NCBI GenBank assembly: GCA_028717885.1
Contig: JAQUMX010000004.1
Coordinates: 2,145 to 66,144 of the forward strand
Direction: 5' to 3'
Origin: Candidatus Omnitrophota bacterium
GTDB taxonomy: Bacteria; Omnitrophota; Gorgyraeia; Gygaellales; Profunditerraquicolaceae
Length of the DNA stretch: 64,000 nt
Numbering within the stretch: position 1 is the stretch's first letter; each line of letters opens with the position of its first letter. The notes beneath the pieces are model-generated. The model did no database searches, was not told the DNA's origin, and saw only the letters and a program-made list of their open reading frames with translations. The translations under genes were made by a program, and so were the position numbers. Positions 31,556 through 41,484 of the stretch are shown here, in pieces.

Positions 31556-32746
31556 TTATCGCGCGTTACTCATCTTTGCGCTAATGATATTTTCGTAGGC
31601 CCTGATAAGTTTAACAGCAACGCTATCCCAGTTAAATTCTTTCAATACTAATTCTTTCCCTCTTTGCCCAGCCGCTCTTTCATGCTCAATATTATGCAGG
31701 AATGTTTTTATGGCAGAGGTAATGTTGGCAATATCCAGTTTTACCACATAGCCGCAGCGCTCTTTCTTAATTAAATTTGCTGCAGCAACCCCTTGCGAAA
31801 CTAAAACAGGTAACCCTGCTGCCATTGCTTCAAAAACGGCAACAGCAAAGTTTTCGGAATTCGAAGTAAGCACTAAAATATCCGACCCCTGCAGCAGCAA
31901 ATCTTTCTTCTCACCCGTAATAAAACCGAACCGATGAGTACGTTCGCTAATTTTATATGATTTCAAAAGTTGTTCTATTTTTAATTCATAACTAGGCTCT
32001 CCGCTACCCGCTATCACGAAAGTAAACCTCATATCCGCCAAACTAGCTAACGCAGGAATAAGGTATTCCAGGCCTTTCTTAGGATGCAAACGGGACATAA
32101 AAAGTATAACTGGTTCATTTTCCGTTAATTTCAATAATCCCCTTAATTTACTCCTGGCATCCGGCACAAAATTAGGAATAGACACTCCGTGAGGCAATAT
32201 AATACCCGGCGCTTTAAATCCCAGGCGAGAAGATTCCAAGGCTTCCTGATCGGAGGTAAAATGAATGGCCTGGCTCTGATTAATATTGCTGCCCTCGATT
32301 ATACTCAAGTAAATTCTTTTTTTGAACGATTTCTGCTTCAGGCAATACCTCTCCAGCGCGCCAGCCGGCCTGATAATATAAGGAACATGTTTTATGCGCG
32401 CAATACGCATGGCTATAGTAGAAGGATATGAAAAAATAGAGTGGATATGCAAAAGATCGAAATCGCAAACATGCTTCCAAAGCCAGCCTGTCAATGAAGA
32501 AGAAAATGCGAATTCCCGGACAAACTTCAGAGGCGGAGAAAACCTGTGAAAAAACCAAACAGGCACCTGCTTATATTCCGTGCGCTGTTTTAACGCTACG
32601 CTTAAAACTCCCGGTCCATCGTCATCGGTAGTTGCGATTTCTGCTTCGATATTATGCGCGCGCAATGCTTTTACCATTGCCAGGACCGCTTGGCTGGGGC
32701 CTCCGCGCAGCAAAGAAACCGATGGGATCACATGCAGAACCTTCAT
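31556..32746 (-). CDS. Family 4 (GT-B) glycosyltransferase
   Basis: 396 aa. MKVLHVIPS...GGPSQ and a C-terminal E..FAVAVFEAMAAGLPV motif. Confidence 0.85.
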   Translation of the reverse strand: MKVLHVIPSVSLLRGGPSQAVLAMVKALRAHNIEAEIATTDDDGPGVLSVALKQRTEYKQVPVWFFHRFSPPLKFVREFAFSSSLTGWLWKHVCDFDLLHIHSIFSYPSTIAMRIARIKHVPYIIRPAGALERYCLKQKSFKKRIYLSIIEGSNINQSQAIHFTSDQEALESSRLGFKAPGIILPHGVSIPNFVPDARSKLRGLLKLTENEPVILFMSRLHPKKGLEYLIPALASLADMRFTFVIAGSGEPSYELKIEQLLKSYKISERTHRFGFITGEKKDLLLQGSDILVLTSNSENFAVAVFEAMAAGLPVLVSQGVAAANLIKKERCGYVVKLDIANITSAIKTFLHNIEHERAAGQRGKELVLKEFNWDSVAVKLIRAYENIISAKMSNAR

Positions 32747-33864
32747 ATCAATACCTTTCTTAACAAAGAATCCCTTTCTGCCAGGACGTTTTCTTTGCTA
32801 AATTCCAAAATTATCCTCTTGGCATTGTCGGATAGCCTTTTACGCAAATTTTCATCAGAAGATACTTTTAACATTGCTGTTGACAAAGCAGCAACATCGC
32901 CTACCGGCACTGCAATACAAGCGCCGTTTGCCTCAAATTCATTGACCCATGAAGTACTTCTTGTCGTAATTACCGGGGTGCCGGCGGCCAATGCCTCTAG
33001 AATCGAATAAGGCAGCCCTTCATAGCGCGATGGAGCAACAAAAGCAACTGCCTTAGCGTGGAGAGGAATGACATCGTCAACCCATCCTAAAAAGAATACC
33101 TTATCTGAAATACCAAGCTGCCCGGCTAACTTTTTCATTTCTGGCAATAAAGGGCCATCCCCTGCTATGACCAGATTTGAATTTATCTTTTCTTTGATTA
33201 GCGTATATGCCTTCAGTAAACAATCAAAGCCTTTAGCTTTTACGAAACGCCCCGCCGCCAAAAAGTAAAACCCGCTTTCCTGCATGCCTTCCACTTGGGG
33301 GCCAGGAATTCTCTGCCGGATTTTCTCGATTTGGACAAAATTTTTTACGACTTTTACTTTTTCGGTTTTACAGCCGTAAATCTTGACCGCATCTTCTGCC
33401 GCACCTACCGAATTACATAAAAGCAGGTCTGACTTTGGATAAACCTTGCGCTCTAATACTGTCCATATTTTCCAGCCTACAGAAGGTTCTACTTCAGAGG
33501 GCTTGCTTAACTGGCTAATAACAGTCATTACAGTTTTTACCTGGCGGCCAGATAACTTTACTGCCAAGTAGTTAACAATATTGGAACAACGGCTGAATGA
33601 ATGGACTAAATGGATATCCTCATTGCGGATAAACTTAGCCAATCTATAAATAGCCCTGGGATAATCCAGCCAGGAACCCCATCCCAAAGAAAATACATTT
33701 TTCCCTTCTATTTCTAATTTACCTTCTACTTTAAAAAGCGAAAAAAAGAACCGCCTATTACCCTCTCTTAAAAGGTTAGGCGCAAACTGGTAGAAATCGA
33801 CTTTATCTCCGCCGCGTATTAATGAAGTTGCAAGAAAAACTATATTTGCCTGTTTGATTTCCAT
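32743..33864 (-). CDS. Family 4 (GT-B) glycosyltransferase. The track ORF extends to 33960; the likely start is MEIKQANIVFL at 33864
   Basis: EGLPYSILEALAAGTPVITT motif. The longer ORF would overlap the upstream gene by 120 nt. Confidence 0.8.
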   Translation of the reverse strand: MEIKQANIVFLATSLIRGGDKVDFYQFAPNLLREGNRRFFFSLFKVEGKLEIEGKNVFSLGWGSWLDYPRAIYRLAKFIRNEDIHLVHSFSRCSNIVNYLAVKLSGRQVKTVMTVISQLSKPSEVEPSVGWKIWTVLERKVYPKSDLLLCNSVGAAEDAVKIYGCKTEKVKVVKNFVQIEKIRQRIPGPQVEGMQESGFYFLAAGRFVKAKGFDCLLKAYTLIKEKINSNLVIAGDGPLLPEMKKLAGQLGISDKVFFLGWVDDVIPLHAKAVAFVAPSRYEGLPYSILEALAAGTPVITTRSTSWVNEFEANGACIAVPVGDVAALSTAMLKVSSDENLRKRLSDNAKRIILEFSKENVLAERDSLLRKVLI

Positions 33865-34814
33865 ATCCGCTTTACCTTCAAGCTGGCCGTTCGAATGAAG
33901 TATAAAAAAGGGGAAAAACTTTTCGGTGTAACTGAGATTAGAAACGCAATGGGCAACCAAAATCCCAGCAACCTTTTATAATCATGCAATAATACATGTA
34001 TAATCTTTTTATCTTTTTTCTCCAAAGATTCCGCTACTGCTCTTTCCGCCAGAAATCTTGCGGTAGGTAAGAAATATGAATTTTCTTTAATAAGCCCGGA
34101 ATTCTCTTTCAATAAAACTAAGGCATTCATGGCCTTTCCATGAGAAGACGACTTTTTATGCTTGCGCCTCAATATTGCTGCCGGCCAGGCAAATCCAATC
34201 CTGCGGTATCCGCTGGCAATTTTAAAAAAAAGGTCGAAATCTTCGTTAGTTTCAAAACTAACATTAAATAATCCTTTTTCCTCTAAGGCTTTCTTTTTTA
34301 TCAGCATCCCCGATAATATAAATGGAGCGCCACAGGCAAAAGCAGCAAAAAAATTATCAAATAACTCACCGTGTAAAAATAATCTTTTCCATTTATCCGA
34401 AAAGATAAAATTCTCGCTGCCTTGCCCCTGAAGCTGCATGCCTGAACAAGCCCAAACCAACCCGTATTTATTTATTATCTGCGCCAGCCTTTCCAAATGG
34501 CCGGGCTTCCAAATATCATCGGAATCAAGAAAAGCAATCCATTCGGATCCGGAGTTTTCTATCCCCAAATTTCTCGCGGAGGATACGCCCGAGTGCGTTT
34601 TATAAATATATTTCACCTCCGAGAAGCTTTTAACGACTTCGGCAGTATTATCGTTTGAGCCATCATCAACGACGATGATTTCCTTTGGTTTAAGTTTCTG
34701 TGATAGGGCCGACCGGATGGCTTCTGCGACAAACTCTTGCGCATTATAAGCCGGAATAACTACGGATATTGAACCTACTTTATTATTATCTTGAATAAGG
34801 TTATCTTTCATCAA
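33840..34814 (-). CDS. Family 2 glycosyltransferase
   Basis: 324 aa. ISVVIPAYNAQEFVAEAIRSALSQ...VVDDGSNDNT...LDSDD. Confidence 0.85.
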   Translation of the reverse strand: MMKDNLIQDNNKVGSISVVIPAYNAQEFVAEAIRSALSQKLKPKEIIVVDDGSNDNTAEVVKSFSEVKYIYKTHSGVSSARNLGIENSGSEWIAFLDSDDIWKPGHLERLAQIINKYGLVWACSGMQLQGQGSENFIFSDKWKRLFLHGELFDNFFAAFACGAPFILSGMLIKKKALEEKGLFNVSFETNEDFDLFFKIASGYRRIGFAWPAAILRRKHKKSSSHGKAMNALVLLKENSGLIKENSYFLPTARFLAERAVAESLEKKDKKIIHVLLHDYKRLLGFWLPIAFLISVTPKSFSPFLYFIRTASLKVKRIWKSNRQI

Positions 34815-34824
34815 TAATTAATGC

Positions 34825-35703
34825 TTAAATATTATCCAGATGATTGCAAAATTTTAGTTTTAACCTCTTCGCTTTAAGAATCACTCTTTTCATAAAAGGG
34901 AAGGCCAGGTATAACTTAGTCAGATAAAGGAAAATTAATGAGAGAAAATTAATTCTTATGCCTTTACTGTCCAGCCTGTAAATGATGTCTTCCGCATAAA
35001 AATAAAGTGCTTCCCCTCCAAGAGATTTATTATAATCGGCTTCTTGCCCTTTCCAGGTTTTACCTTGATTCTGGCCTAAAATATGAGAATAATCATGCGC
35101 CTGGTGAACGCTATAGATAAAACCTGAAACATCGATAACCGCAGTATGATGTAAACTCAAATAGTATACGAGCCAATTATCCCACGCGCCCCTCCCCAAC
35201 GCGAAAGGCGGTATTCTTTTGAAAGTACCCTTTGGAAATAAAAAATAATCACTGCCGTAAGGCTGTATCCTGCCCCGGGCCTTGAGCCGGAGCAGAAGCT
35301 CTTCCTGCCAATTTCCGGAAATCTCTAAATCACAATTGTCAAGATCGTATCTTCTTCCGGTTAAAAGAAATTTTTTAAATTTCTTTTGCGCAGCTTTAAG
35401 CGCAAAAGAAAAATTTCCGAAAAACAGGATATCGGTATTGACATAACAGATCAAAGGAAAAGAAGCCGCGGCTTCTGCTTTCTCAAAAATTGAATTAACC
35501 AGAGGCGTACCTAATGCATTTTTTTCTATATCCGGCAGATGGCGCAAACCGAAGTCATTAGCGACCTTACAAGTATCAAGCGCATCCCCTAACAGCAATA
35601 TCTCTGCAGCCGGCTTAACCTGCATCCAGCTTCTTATCGCCTTAAGCTGAAGATCCAGCATTTGCCCGACAAAAGGTTTCGGGCATGTAAAAATTGTAAA
35701 CAT
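34825..35703 (-). CDS. Conserved hypothetical protein of the glycan locus (possibly a GT-A-like transferase); start ATG 35703
   Basis: MFTIFTCPKPFVGQ...NTDILF. GGAG lies upstream of ATG 35703. I recognised no family confidently. Confidence 0.5.
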   Translation of the reverse strand: MFTIFTCPKPFVGQMLDLQLKAIRSWMQVKPAAEILLLGDALDTCKVANDFGLRHLPDIEKNALGTPLVNSIFEKAEAAASFPLICYVNTDILFFGNFSFALKAAQKKFKKFLLTGRRYDLDNCDLEISGNWQEELLLRLKARGRIQPYGSDYFLFPKGTFKRIPPFALGRGAWDNWLVYYLSLHHTAVIDVSGFIYSVHQAHDYSHILGQNQGKTWKGQEADYNKSLGGEALYFYAEDIIYRLDSKGIRINFLSLIFLYLTKLYLAFPFMKRVILKAKRLKLKFCNHLDNI

Positions 35704-35704
35704 G

Positions 35705-36544
35705 CTATTTCTCCGCCTCAATTACTAAAAACCAGCCAAAATGCCTTTCCAGGATTTTCATTCTTCGGAGTAACCCAAAGAACCTGCTTTTTCCGTGTTC
35801 GAATGCTTCTGCCTTAACGCACCTAAAATCCGAAAACATCTTTCTCGCCTCTTTTCTGGTATAGACTTTAGAAAGCGGGTTTCCCGCGCCATCGGTACAG
35901 GCAGAAAGCAATCCTTCGCTATCCATTTTTTCATAACAAAAATCTTTGCTCTCCGAAGGCACTAATCTCCTTAATGGAAAGAACACCTTGCTGATTTTTT
36001 TAAACCATCCTCTGCTAAAAAGGTACTGCCGCCTATAATAAGCGCAGAGAAAAGAACGCTTGTTATAAAGCATGACAATAGCCTTACCACCATCCGGTTT
36101 TAAACATCGGTATAGCTCGCTGATTGCTTTCTTTGTTCCCGGCGTATGATGCAGCACCCCCCAGGAAAATACCAGATCAAAAACACCGTTTTTAAAAGGA
36201 AGGTGTTCCGCATCAGCAACGCATAAAGACCCTTTCAGGTTAAATAATCCCAACCTTCTTTTTGTCAATTCCAGCGAGCCTGCCGATAAATCAATGCCCG
36301 TAGCCCTGGCGCCGTTACCGACAAAGCGCGAAAAATCTTTCCCTAACCCTACACCTATTTCGAGGACGCGCTTTCCGGACCAATCAGGATAACGCGCTAT
36401 TGTATTAGTGAAAGGCTCATAGGTGTCTTTATATAAATCGACCTGCTTAAAGAATTCTTTCGACCCCCATTCGGAATCAGCCTGATTCCCGCAGCAGGGG
36501 TGACTATCCCACCAGGCCCGGACTTTCTTTTTTATCTCTTCCAT
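35705..36544 (-). CDS. Class I SAM-dependent methyltransferase
   Basis: 279 aa. VLEIGVGLGKD (motif I) and DLVFSWGVLHH. Confidence 0.8.
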   Translation of the reverse strand: MEEIKKKVRAWWDSHPCCGNQADSEWGSKEFFKQVDLYKDTYEPFTNTIARYPDWSGKRVLEIGVGLGKDFSRFVGNGARATGIDLSAGSLELTKRRLGLFNLKGSLCVADAEHLPFKNGVFDLVFSWGVLHHTPGTKKAISELYRCLKPDGGKAIVMLYNKRSFLCAYYRRQYLFSRGWFKKISKVFFPLRRLVPSESKDFCYEKMDSEGLLSACTDGAGNPLSKVYTRKEARKMFSDFRCVKAEAFEHGKSRFFGLLRRMKILERHFGWFLVIEAEK

Positions 36545-36553
36545 CTCGATATA

Positions 36554-37894
36554 TTATTTTACGGCAGCGCTATTTACCCCCAAAGGCACATACTCAATAC
36601 CCTGTTTTCTTTCAAGGCCACGATTAAAGAAAACCCTCCAACAATCAATAACGATCAGGCGGCGCCGGTTATTTTCGAAAACAGAATTTTTTATCCGCAT
36701 AAATTCCGGATCGGAATTAGCAATTACCGCTATATCGGAATTAAGGACTGCCTGCCTTGCCGACTTGGCATATGATACTTTTTTCCCAAAAACCATTTTC
36801 AGGTTATTCATTGCCAAAGGATCATAGAGAACAACTCTATACCCTGATTTGAGGAGCTTTTTTGCCAAAAAGACCGGCTGCGATTCTTCTATTACATTCG
36901 ACAATGGCTTATAAGATAACCCCAATATTCCTATACTATCACTCTTCTTGGCCTTTGCGGCAATAAGCTTAAACACTGATAGGATCACTTGCCGGTTAAA
37001 CTTATCCGTAGCCTTCGGTATCGTTGCCTCGATCCCCAATTTCCCGGCTACTGCAGACAGCGCTGAATTGTCTCGGGGAAAACACGGCCCTCCGAAACCT
37101 AACCCTCCTTTTAGATAACGGCTGCCGATACGCGAATCATAGCCCAGAGCCTTTGTTACAACATCTACATTACCGCCCGGTAGCTTTTGGGCCATAAAAG
37201 AAAGCATATTGGCAAAGGTAATCTTAGTAGTAACAAAAGAATTGACGGATATCTTTGTTAATTCAGCATTAATAAAGTCCATCCTGGCTATGGCCGGTTT
37301 ATTTTCGCAGATATTACGGTAAAATTTTTCCAGCAGGAAACCGGAATTTTTATCGGACTCGCCGATCAAAACAAAATCCGGATTAAGGAAATTTTTAATA
37401 ACTGTGCCCAGGGCGATAAATTCCGGATTATAGCACAAGCCAAAATCCTTAGCGCATTTCTTACCGGAAAATCTTTCCAGAAGCGGTTTTACGCAATTAT
37501 CCATTGTGCCCGGCAAAACCGTGCTGGTAAGAACAACGGTATGGTATGATTGTTTTTGTGCTAATGCTTTACCCAGCTCTTTTGCGGCCTTAGCTACAAA
37601 AGAAAGCGAAAATTCCCCATTTGCCAGAGAAGGCGTAGGCACCACAATGAAACTGATATCAGAATTTAATACTGCTGTGTAATAATCGGTGCTTGCAGAA
37701 ATTTTCTTTTTATAGCGGCGGAAGAATTGTTCCAGCCTCGGCTCAAATAAGGGGGCGTGCCCCTGATTAACAATCTTTACCCTCGCCGCGTCGTTGTCGA
37801 CCCCGATAACCTTAACCCCCTTGCTGGCTATGCCAGCCAACATACAAGCGCCTAACTTTCCGAGGCCGATAACAGAGACTCTCTTAATATCCAT
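36554..37894 (-). CDS. Nucleotide-sugar 6-dehydrogenase (UDP-glucose/GDP-mannose dehydrogenase family)
   Basis: 446 aa. VSVIGLGKLGACMLAG NAD fold and catalytic-Cys motif GGPCFPRD. Confidence 0.85.
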   Translation of the reverse strand: MDIKRVSVIGLGKLGACMLAGIASKGVKVIGVDNDAARVKIVNQGHAPLFEPRLEQFFRRYKKKISASTDYYTAVLNSDISFIVVPTPSLANGEFSLSFVAKAAKELGKALAQKQSYHTVVLTSTVLPGTMDNCVKPLLERFSGKKCAKDFGLCYNPEFIALGTVIKNFLNPDFVLIGESDKNSGFLLEKFYRNICENKPAIARMDFINAELTKISVNSFVTTKITFANMLSFMAQKLPGGNVDVVTKALGYDSRIGSRYLKGGLGFGGPCFPRDNSALSAVAGKLGIEATIPKATDKFNRQVILSVFKLIAAKAKKSDSIGILGLSYKPLSNVIEESQPVFLAKKLLKSGYRVVLYDPLAMNNLKMVFGKKVSYAKSARQAVLNSDIAVIANSDPEFMRIKNSVFENNRRRLIVIDCWRVFFNRGLERKQGIEYVPLGVNSAAVK

Positions 37895-37928
37895 ATAAAT
37901 ACCTTCCTTTTTTAAAACGACCGTGGTT

Positions 37929-38726
37929 TCAAAAAGTAACCGAGATCAGAGATGTAGAAAAACCTTTTCTGTAATTAACAAAACCTTCCAATTCACGAAG
38001 ATAGCATGCGTCCAAACATCCGGACAGCGACAAATATGGAAAATTGAGAGTCAACCTGCGCTTTCTCACATAATTCAATAACTCCGGAACTTCATCGTAA
38101 CCGACGATCCCGGCAGGCGGAGGCCCTTCCCACTGGACACAACAATGATCCTTGTAGTTTAACGGGTCATTTTTTTTAACCAGGAGGAAATCTTTTTTTG
38201 TCATCCCCGGAAAATAGGAAAAATCATGAAAAATGGCAAGGTGCCTTTTTTGCTTTAAAATAGGCGCGTATCTACCAAGAAAATGCCTGATGAGCTTTTT
38301 TCCGTGGATATCATATAGTATCAATATATCGTCGGCATTTAAGAAAGCTGAACCGTCATATTTTAAAAAATTCCTTGTGGTTATTTTGATCGCGGGGTTT
38401 AAATTATACCCTGCCTGTGCTTCGACCTTTTTTTTGCTTTCAAAAATGGTGTCTGCTAAACATACGGACTCAATCAACTCCGGCTGATAACCTAAGCTAT
38501 CGGCAGCAATACTAATAGTATAGAGGCTGTTGCCAAAAGCCCTGCCTAACTCCAGGATATATTTCGGCTTAAAATACAGGATCATCCCATAAAGCAGAAT
38601 AAATTCTGTTAATCCCCAGAAATCTTTGTGCCCGATCGCATCAAAGATTTTTTCGAATAGCTTTGCTTTATCTAAAATCGCCCGGTGGTTAGCTGCTAAA
38701 AAATTGGCAAACTCCTGATTCTCCAC
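37929..38726 (-). CDS. Hypothetical protein of the glycan locus (possible methyltransferase-like fold)
   Basis: 265 aa. ILELGRAFGNS resembles a degenerate SAM motif I. No confident assignment. Confidence 0.45.
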   Translation of the reverse strand: MENQEFANFLAANHRAILDKAKLFEKIFDAIGHKDFWGLTEFILLYGMILYFKPKYILELGRAFGNSLYTISIAADSLGYQPELIESVCLADTIFESKKKVEAQAGYNLNPAIKITTRNFLKYDGSAFLNADDILILYDIHGKKLIRHFLGRYAPILKQKRHLAIFHDFSYFPGMTKKDFLLVKKNDPLNYKDHCCVQWEGPPPAGIVGYDEVPELLNYVRKRRLTLNFPYLSLSGCLDACYLRELEGFVNYRKGFSTSLISVTF

Positions 38727-38747
38727 TGTAAATCGCTCCTCCCTTAT

Positions 38748-39764
38748 TTATCTTTCCGTCAACATTCTTTTTAAAATCATCTTTACTTGCTTACTGTCTT
38801 TAACTGAGAAATACCAATCGATGGTCCGGTGCAGGCCATCCATAAACTTCATCTGCGGTTCCCAGCCCAATAATTTTTTTGCCAGGGCATTATCAGCCAC
38901 CCTGTTGTACGGCCCGGTAGGCATAGAAGGCTGCAATATTATCCTGGCCTTGTGGCCGGTATAGCGCAATACTTCTTTCACTGCGCTAATCACGCTAGTC
39001 CGCTCCCGGGTGCCCAAGTTAATTGCTGTTGCATCGCTGATCTTCTCTGCTGCCAGTATCGTCCCTTCGACAATATCTCCGACATATGTCCAGTTGCGTA
39101 TTTGCTTACCTGTGCCCCAGACAAAAAAGGGATCCTGTTTTATAAAGGCCCTGGCAATCATTGCTATTACAGCATGATTTTCCACGCCCCGCTCACCATA
39201 CACTGTAAAATAACGGCAACTGGCTGACTTCATTCCATAATCCTTGTAATATGCCTTTAGCGTCATTTCTGCCATTAGCTTTGCCCATCCATACATATTA
39301 TCCGCCTCATAAGGCGGGCCGACCATTTTTTCGGTCAAATATAAGATTTTCTTTGGGTTCGTCTGAAGATAATTCGGATAAACGCACCCCGAAGAAGCAT
39401 ATACAACTTTCTCTATCCTTTGTTGCCTACAGGCGTCAAAGATCAGCCCATCCAGCATCAGATTGGAAGCACAGGCAGCTTGATGCAAATCCACATATCC
39501 CCTGCCACCATGGTCAGCAGCAAGATGAAATACTATATCGATCCCCTTGACCGCCTCTTTCGCAGCCTTACTTTCTTTAAGGTCCGCCTTGATAAATTTT
39601 ACTTTACCGGACTTCAGGTGCCCATCTATATTCTTTATCTTACCGCTGCTTAAATTATCTACCACCCTGACTTTGGCTTGGCGTTTAACCAAAGCATCTA
39701 CTAAATGCGACCCGATAAAAGAAGCGCCTCCGGTTACCAATACATTTTTTTTCGGCCAATTCAT
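38748..39764 (-). CDS. NAD-dependent nucleotide-sugar epimerase/dehydratase (extended SDR)
   Basis: 338 aa. VLVTGGASFIGSHLVDAL, and an S...YxxxK catalytic triad (YGWAKLMAE). Confidence 0.85.
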   Translation of the reverse strand: MNWPKKNVLVTGGASFIGSHLVDALVKRQAKVRVVDNLSSGKIKNIDGHLKSGKVKFIKADLKESKAAKEAVKGIDIVFHLAADHGGRGYVDLHQAACASNLMLDGLIFDACRQQRIEKVVYASSGCVYPNYLQTNPKKILYLTEKMVGPPYEADNMYGWAKLMAEMTLKAYYKDYGMKSASCRYFTVYGERGVENHAVIAMIARAFIKQDPFFVWGTGKQIRNWTYVGDIVEGTILAAEKISDATAINLGTRERTSVISAVKEVLRYTGHKARIILQPSMPTGPYNRVADNALAKKLLGWEPQMKFMDGLHRTIDWYFSVKDSKQVKMILKRMLTER

Positions 39765-39790
39765 CTTCTTCTCCTTTTTTGTATATGATC

Positions 39791-40660
39791 CTATCTTTTC
39801 TTATAGATAATTTCAGCAGGCTCTTTTACGATCGCCCATTTTTCCTCTCCAAAATCATAATTTAGCGCAGAATAACGGTACCTGATTAAGTTTTTCAATA
39901 CCGGTAGCCGCGAAATCCTATAGCGGGTTTCATGATAGAAAATCGAAAAAATATTGTTATGGTAATAATCATCGAGGATTTTTCTGCTGTTTTTGTTATA
40001 GTCAAGAATACCTGGCTCCTGCCCCTGATGGTGCCTGATTCCTGCTAGGGGGCTCCAGAGAGAATAGAGTGTGGCGTGTTGCCAGAATCTTAGCCACAGC
40101 TCGAAATCCGTAATCTTGATACTACTCTCAACGCGCCCGCCGGCACGCAACCAGAGAGATTTTTTCCAAAAAGTCGATTCCTGCTGGATACAGCCCCGAA
40201 TCGGAAGGTAGTGGCCGTCAAAGAAAGCTTCTTTGCTAAAACCGGTCCTTCTGTAATAGCGTAAAGGCATATCCCTGGTAATCCAGCCGAAAGGCGTGGC
40301 TGAAGTAAGCCACTCTACCTCGGGTAAAGCGCTGAATATTTGGCTGACTACTTCAAATGTCCAGGGAAAATATTTGTCCCCGCATCCAAGCCAGCCCATA
40401 ATCTCGCCTGTTGCATGCTGGAAGCCTTTGTTAAGAGTAAACCCCAGGCCCATATTCTTCTCATTGGTTAAACAAGTAATCCTTGAACTATATTTTTTAA
40501 TCACCTCTTGGGTTGCATCTTCGGAGCCATCATCCACAACGATATACTCAAAATTAGGGTACTCCTGGGATAATACGGACTGGATAGTGGCTTCCAGGTA
40601 ATCCGCCTGATTGAAAGACGGAGTTACGACCGAGATTTTAGGCTTTTTACGATCGCCCAT
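39791..40660 (-). CDS. GT2 paralog A of the tandem array
   Basis: 289 aa. KISVVTPSFNQADYLEATIQSVLSQ... The head resembles paralog F; the middle and tail are near-identical to paralog B. Confidence 0.85.
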   Translation of the reverse strand: MGDRKKPKISVVTPSFNQADYLEATIQSVLSQEYPNFEYIVVDDGSEDATQEVIKKYSSRITCLTNEKNMGLGFTLNKGFQHATGEIMGWLGCGDKYFPWTFEVVSQIFSALPEVEWLTSATPFGWITRDMPLRYYRRTGFSKEAFFDGHYLPIRGCIQQESTFWKKSLWLRAGGRVESSIKITDFELWLRFWQHATLYSLWSPLAGIRHHQGQEPGILDYNKNSRKILDDYYHNNIFSIFYHETRYRISRLPVLKNLIRYRYSALNYDFGEEKWAIVKEPAEIIYKKR

Positions 40661-41484
40661 TTTCCCTCTCCAAAATCATATTTTACCGCAGAATAACGGT
40701 ACCTGATTAAGTTTTTCAATACCGGTAGCCGCGAAATCCTATAGCGGGTTTCATGATAGAAAATCGAAAAAATATTGTTATGGTAATAATCATCGAGGAT
40801 TTTTCTGCATATTTCAAAATGGCTTAAGACAGCTCCCCCCTGGCTAGGATGGTGCCGCAACCCTGCCAAGGGACTCCAGAGAGAATAGAGTGTGGCGTAT
40901 TGCCAGAACCGCAGCCACAGTTCGAAATCCGGCATGATCTTTAAAGCGCTCTCAACGTGCCCTCTTGAGCGCAACCAGAGAGATTTTTTCCAAAAAGTCG
41001 ATTCCTGCTGGATACAGCCTCGGATAGGCAGATATTGCCCGTCAAAGAAAGCTTCCTTGCTAAAACCGGTCCTTCTGTAATAGCGTAAAGGCATATCCCT
41101 GGTAATCCAGCCGAAAGGCGTGGCTGAAGTCAGCCATTCTACCTCGGGTAAAGCGCTGAATATTTGGCTGACTACTTCAAATGTCCAGGGAAAATATTTG
41201 TCCCCGCAGCCAAGCCAGCCCATAATCTCGCCTGTTGCATGCTGAAAGCCTTTGTTAATCGCCTCCCCCCGCCCCTTATCCGGCTCACTTACCCAATAAC
41301 TAATCCGGTCAGAATATCTTCTGATGATTTCTACGCTGCCGTCGGTCGAGCCGCCGTCAATGATGATGTATTCCAGGTTAGGATAGTTCTGGGAGAGGAC
41401 AGATTTAATAGTCTCTTCCAAATACTCTGCCTGGTTAAAGGACGGAGTTACGATTGAGATCTTGGGGAAAACTTTTTCACGCAT
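40624..41484 (-). CDS. GT2 paralog B
   Basis: 286 aa. Its first ~115 aa are identical to paralog C; the tail matches paralog A. Confidence 0.85.
   Translation of the reverse strand: MREKVFPKISIVTPSFNQAEYLEETIKSVLSQNYPNLEYIIIDGGSTDGSVEIIRRYSDRISYWVSEPDKGRGEAINKGFQHATGEIMGWLGCGDKYFPWTFEVVSQIFSALPEVEWLTSATPFGWITRDMPLRYYRRTGFSKEAFFDGQYLPIRGCIQQESTFWKKSLWLRSRGHVESALKIMPDFELWLRFWQYATLYSLWSPLAGLRHHPSQGGAVLSHFEICRKILDDYYHNNIFSIFYHETRYRISRLPVLKNLIRYRYSAVKYDFGEGKWAIVKSLKSRS
41141..41470. repeat. 330-bp block, 100% identical to 41929-42258 (5' part of GT2 paralogs B and C)
   Basis: Compared base by base in the window; offset 788 bp. The identical 97-aa antisense ORFs in the track (41164-41457 and 41952-42245) independently show this. 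Confidence 0.95.
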
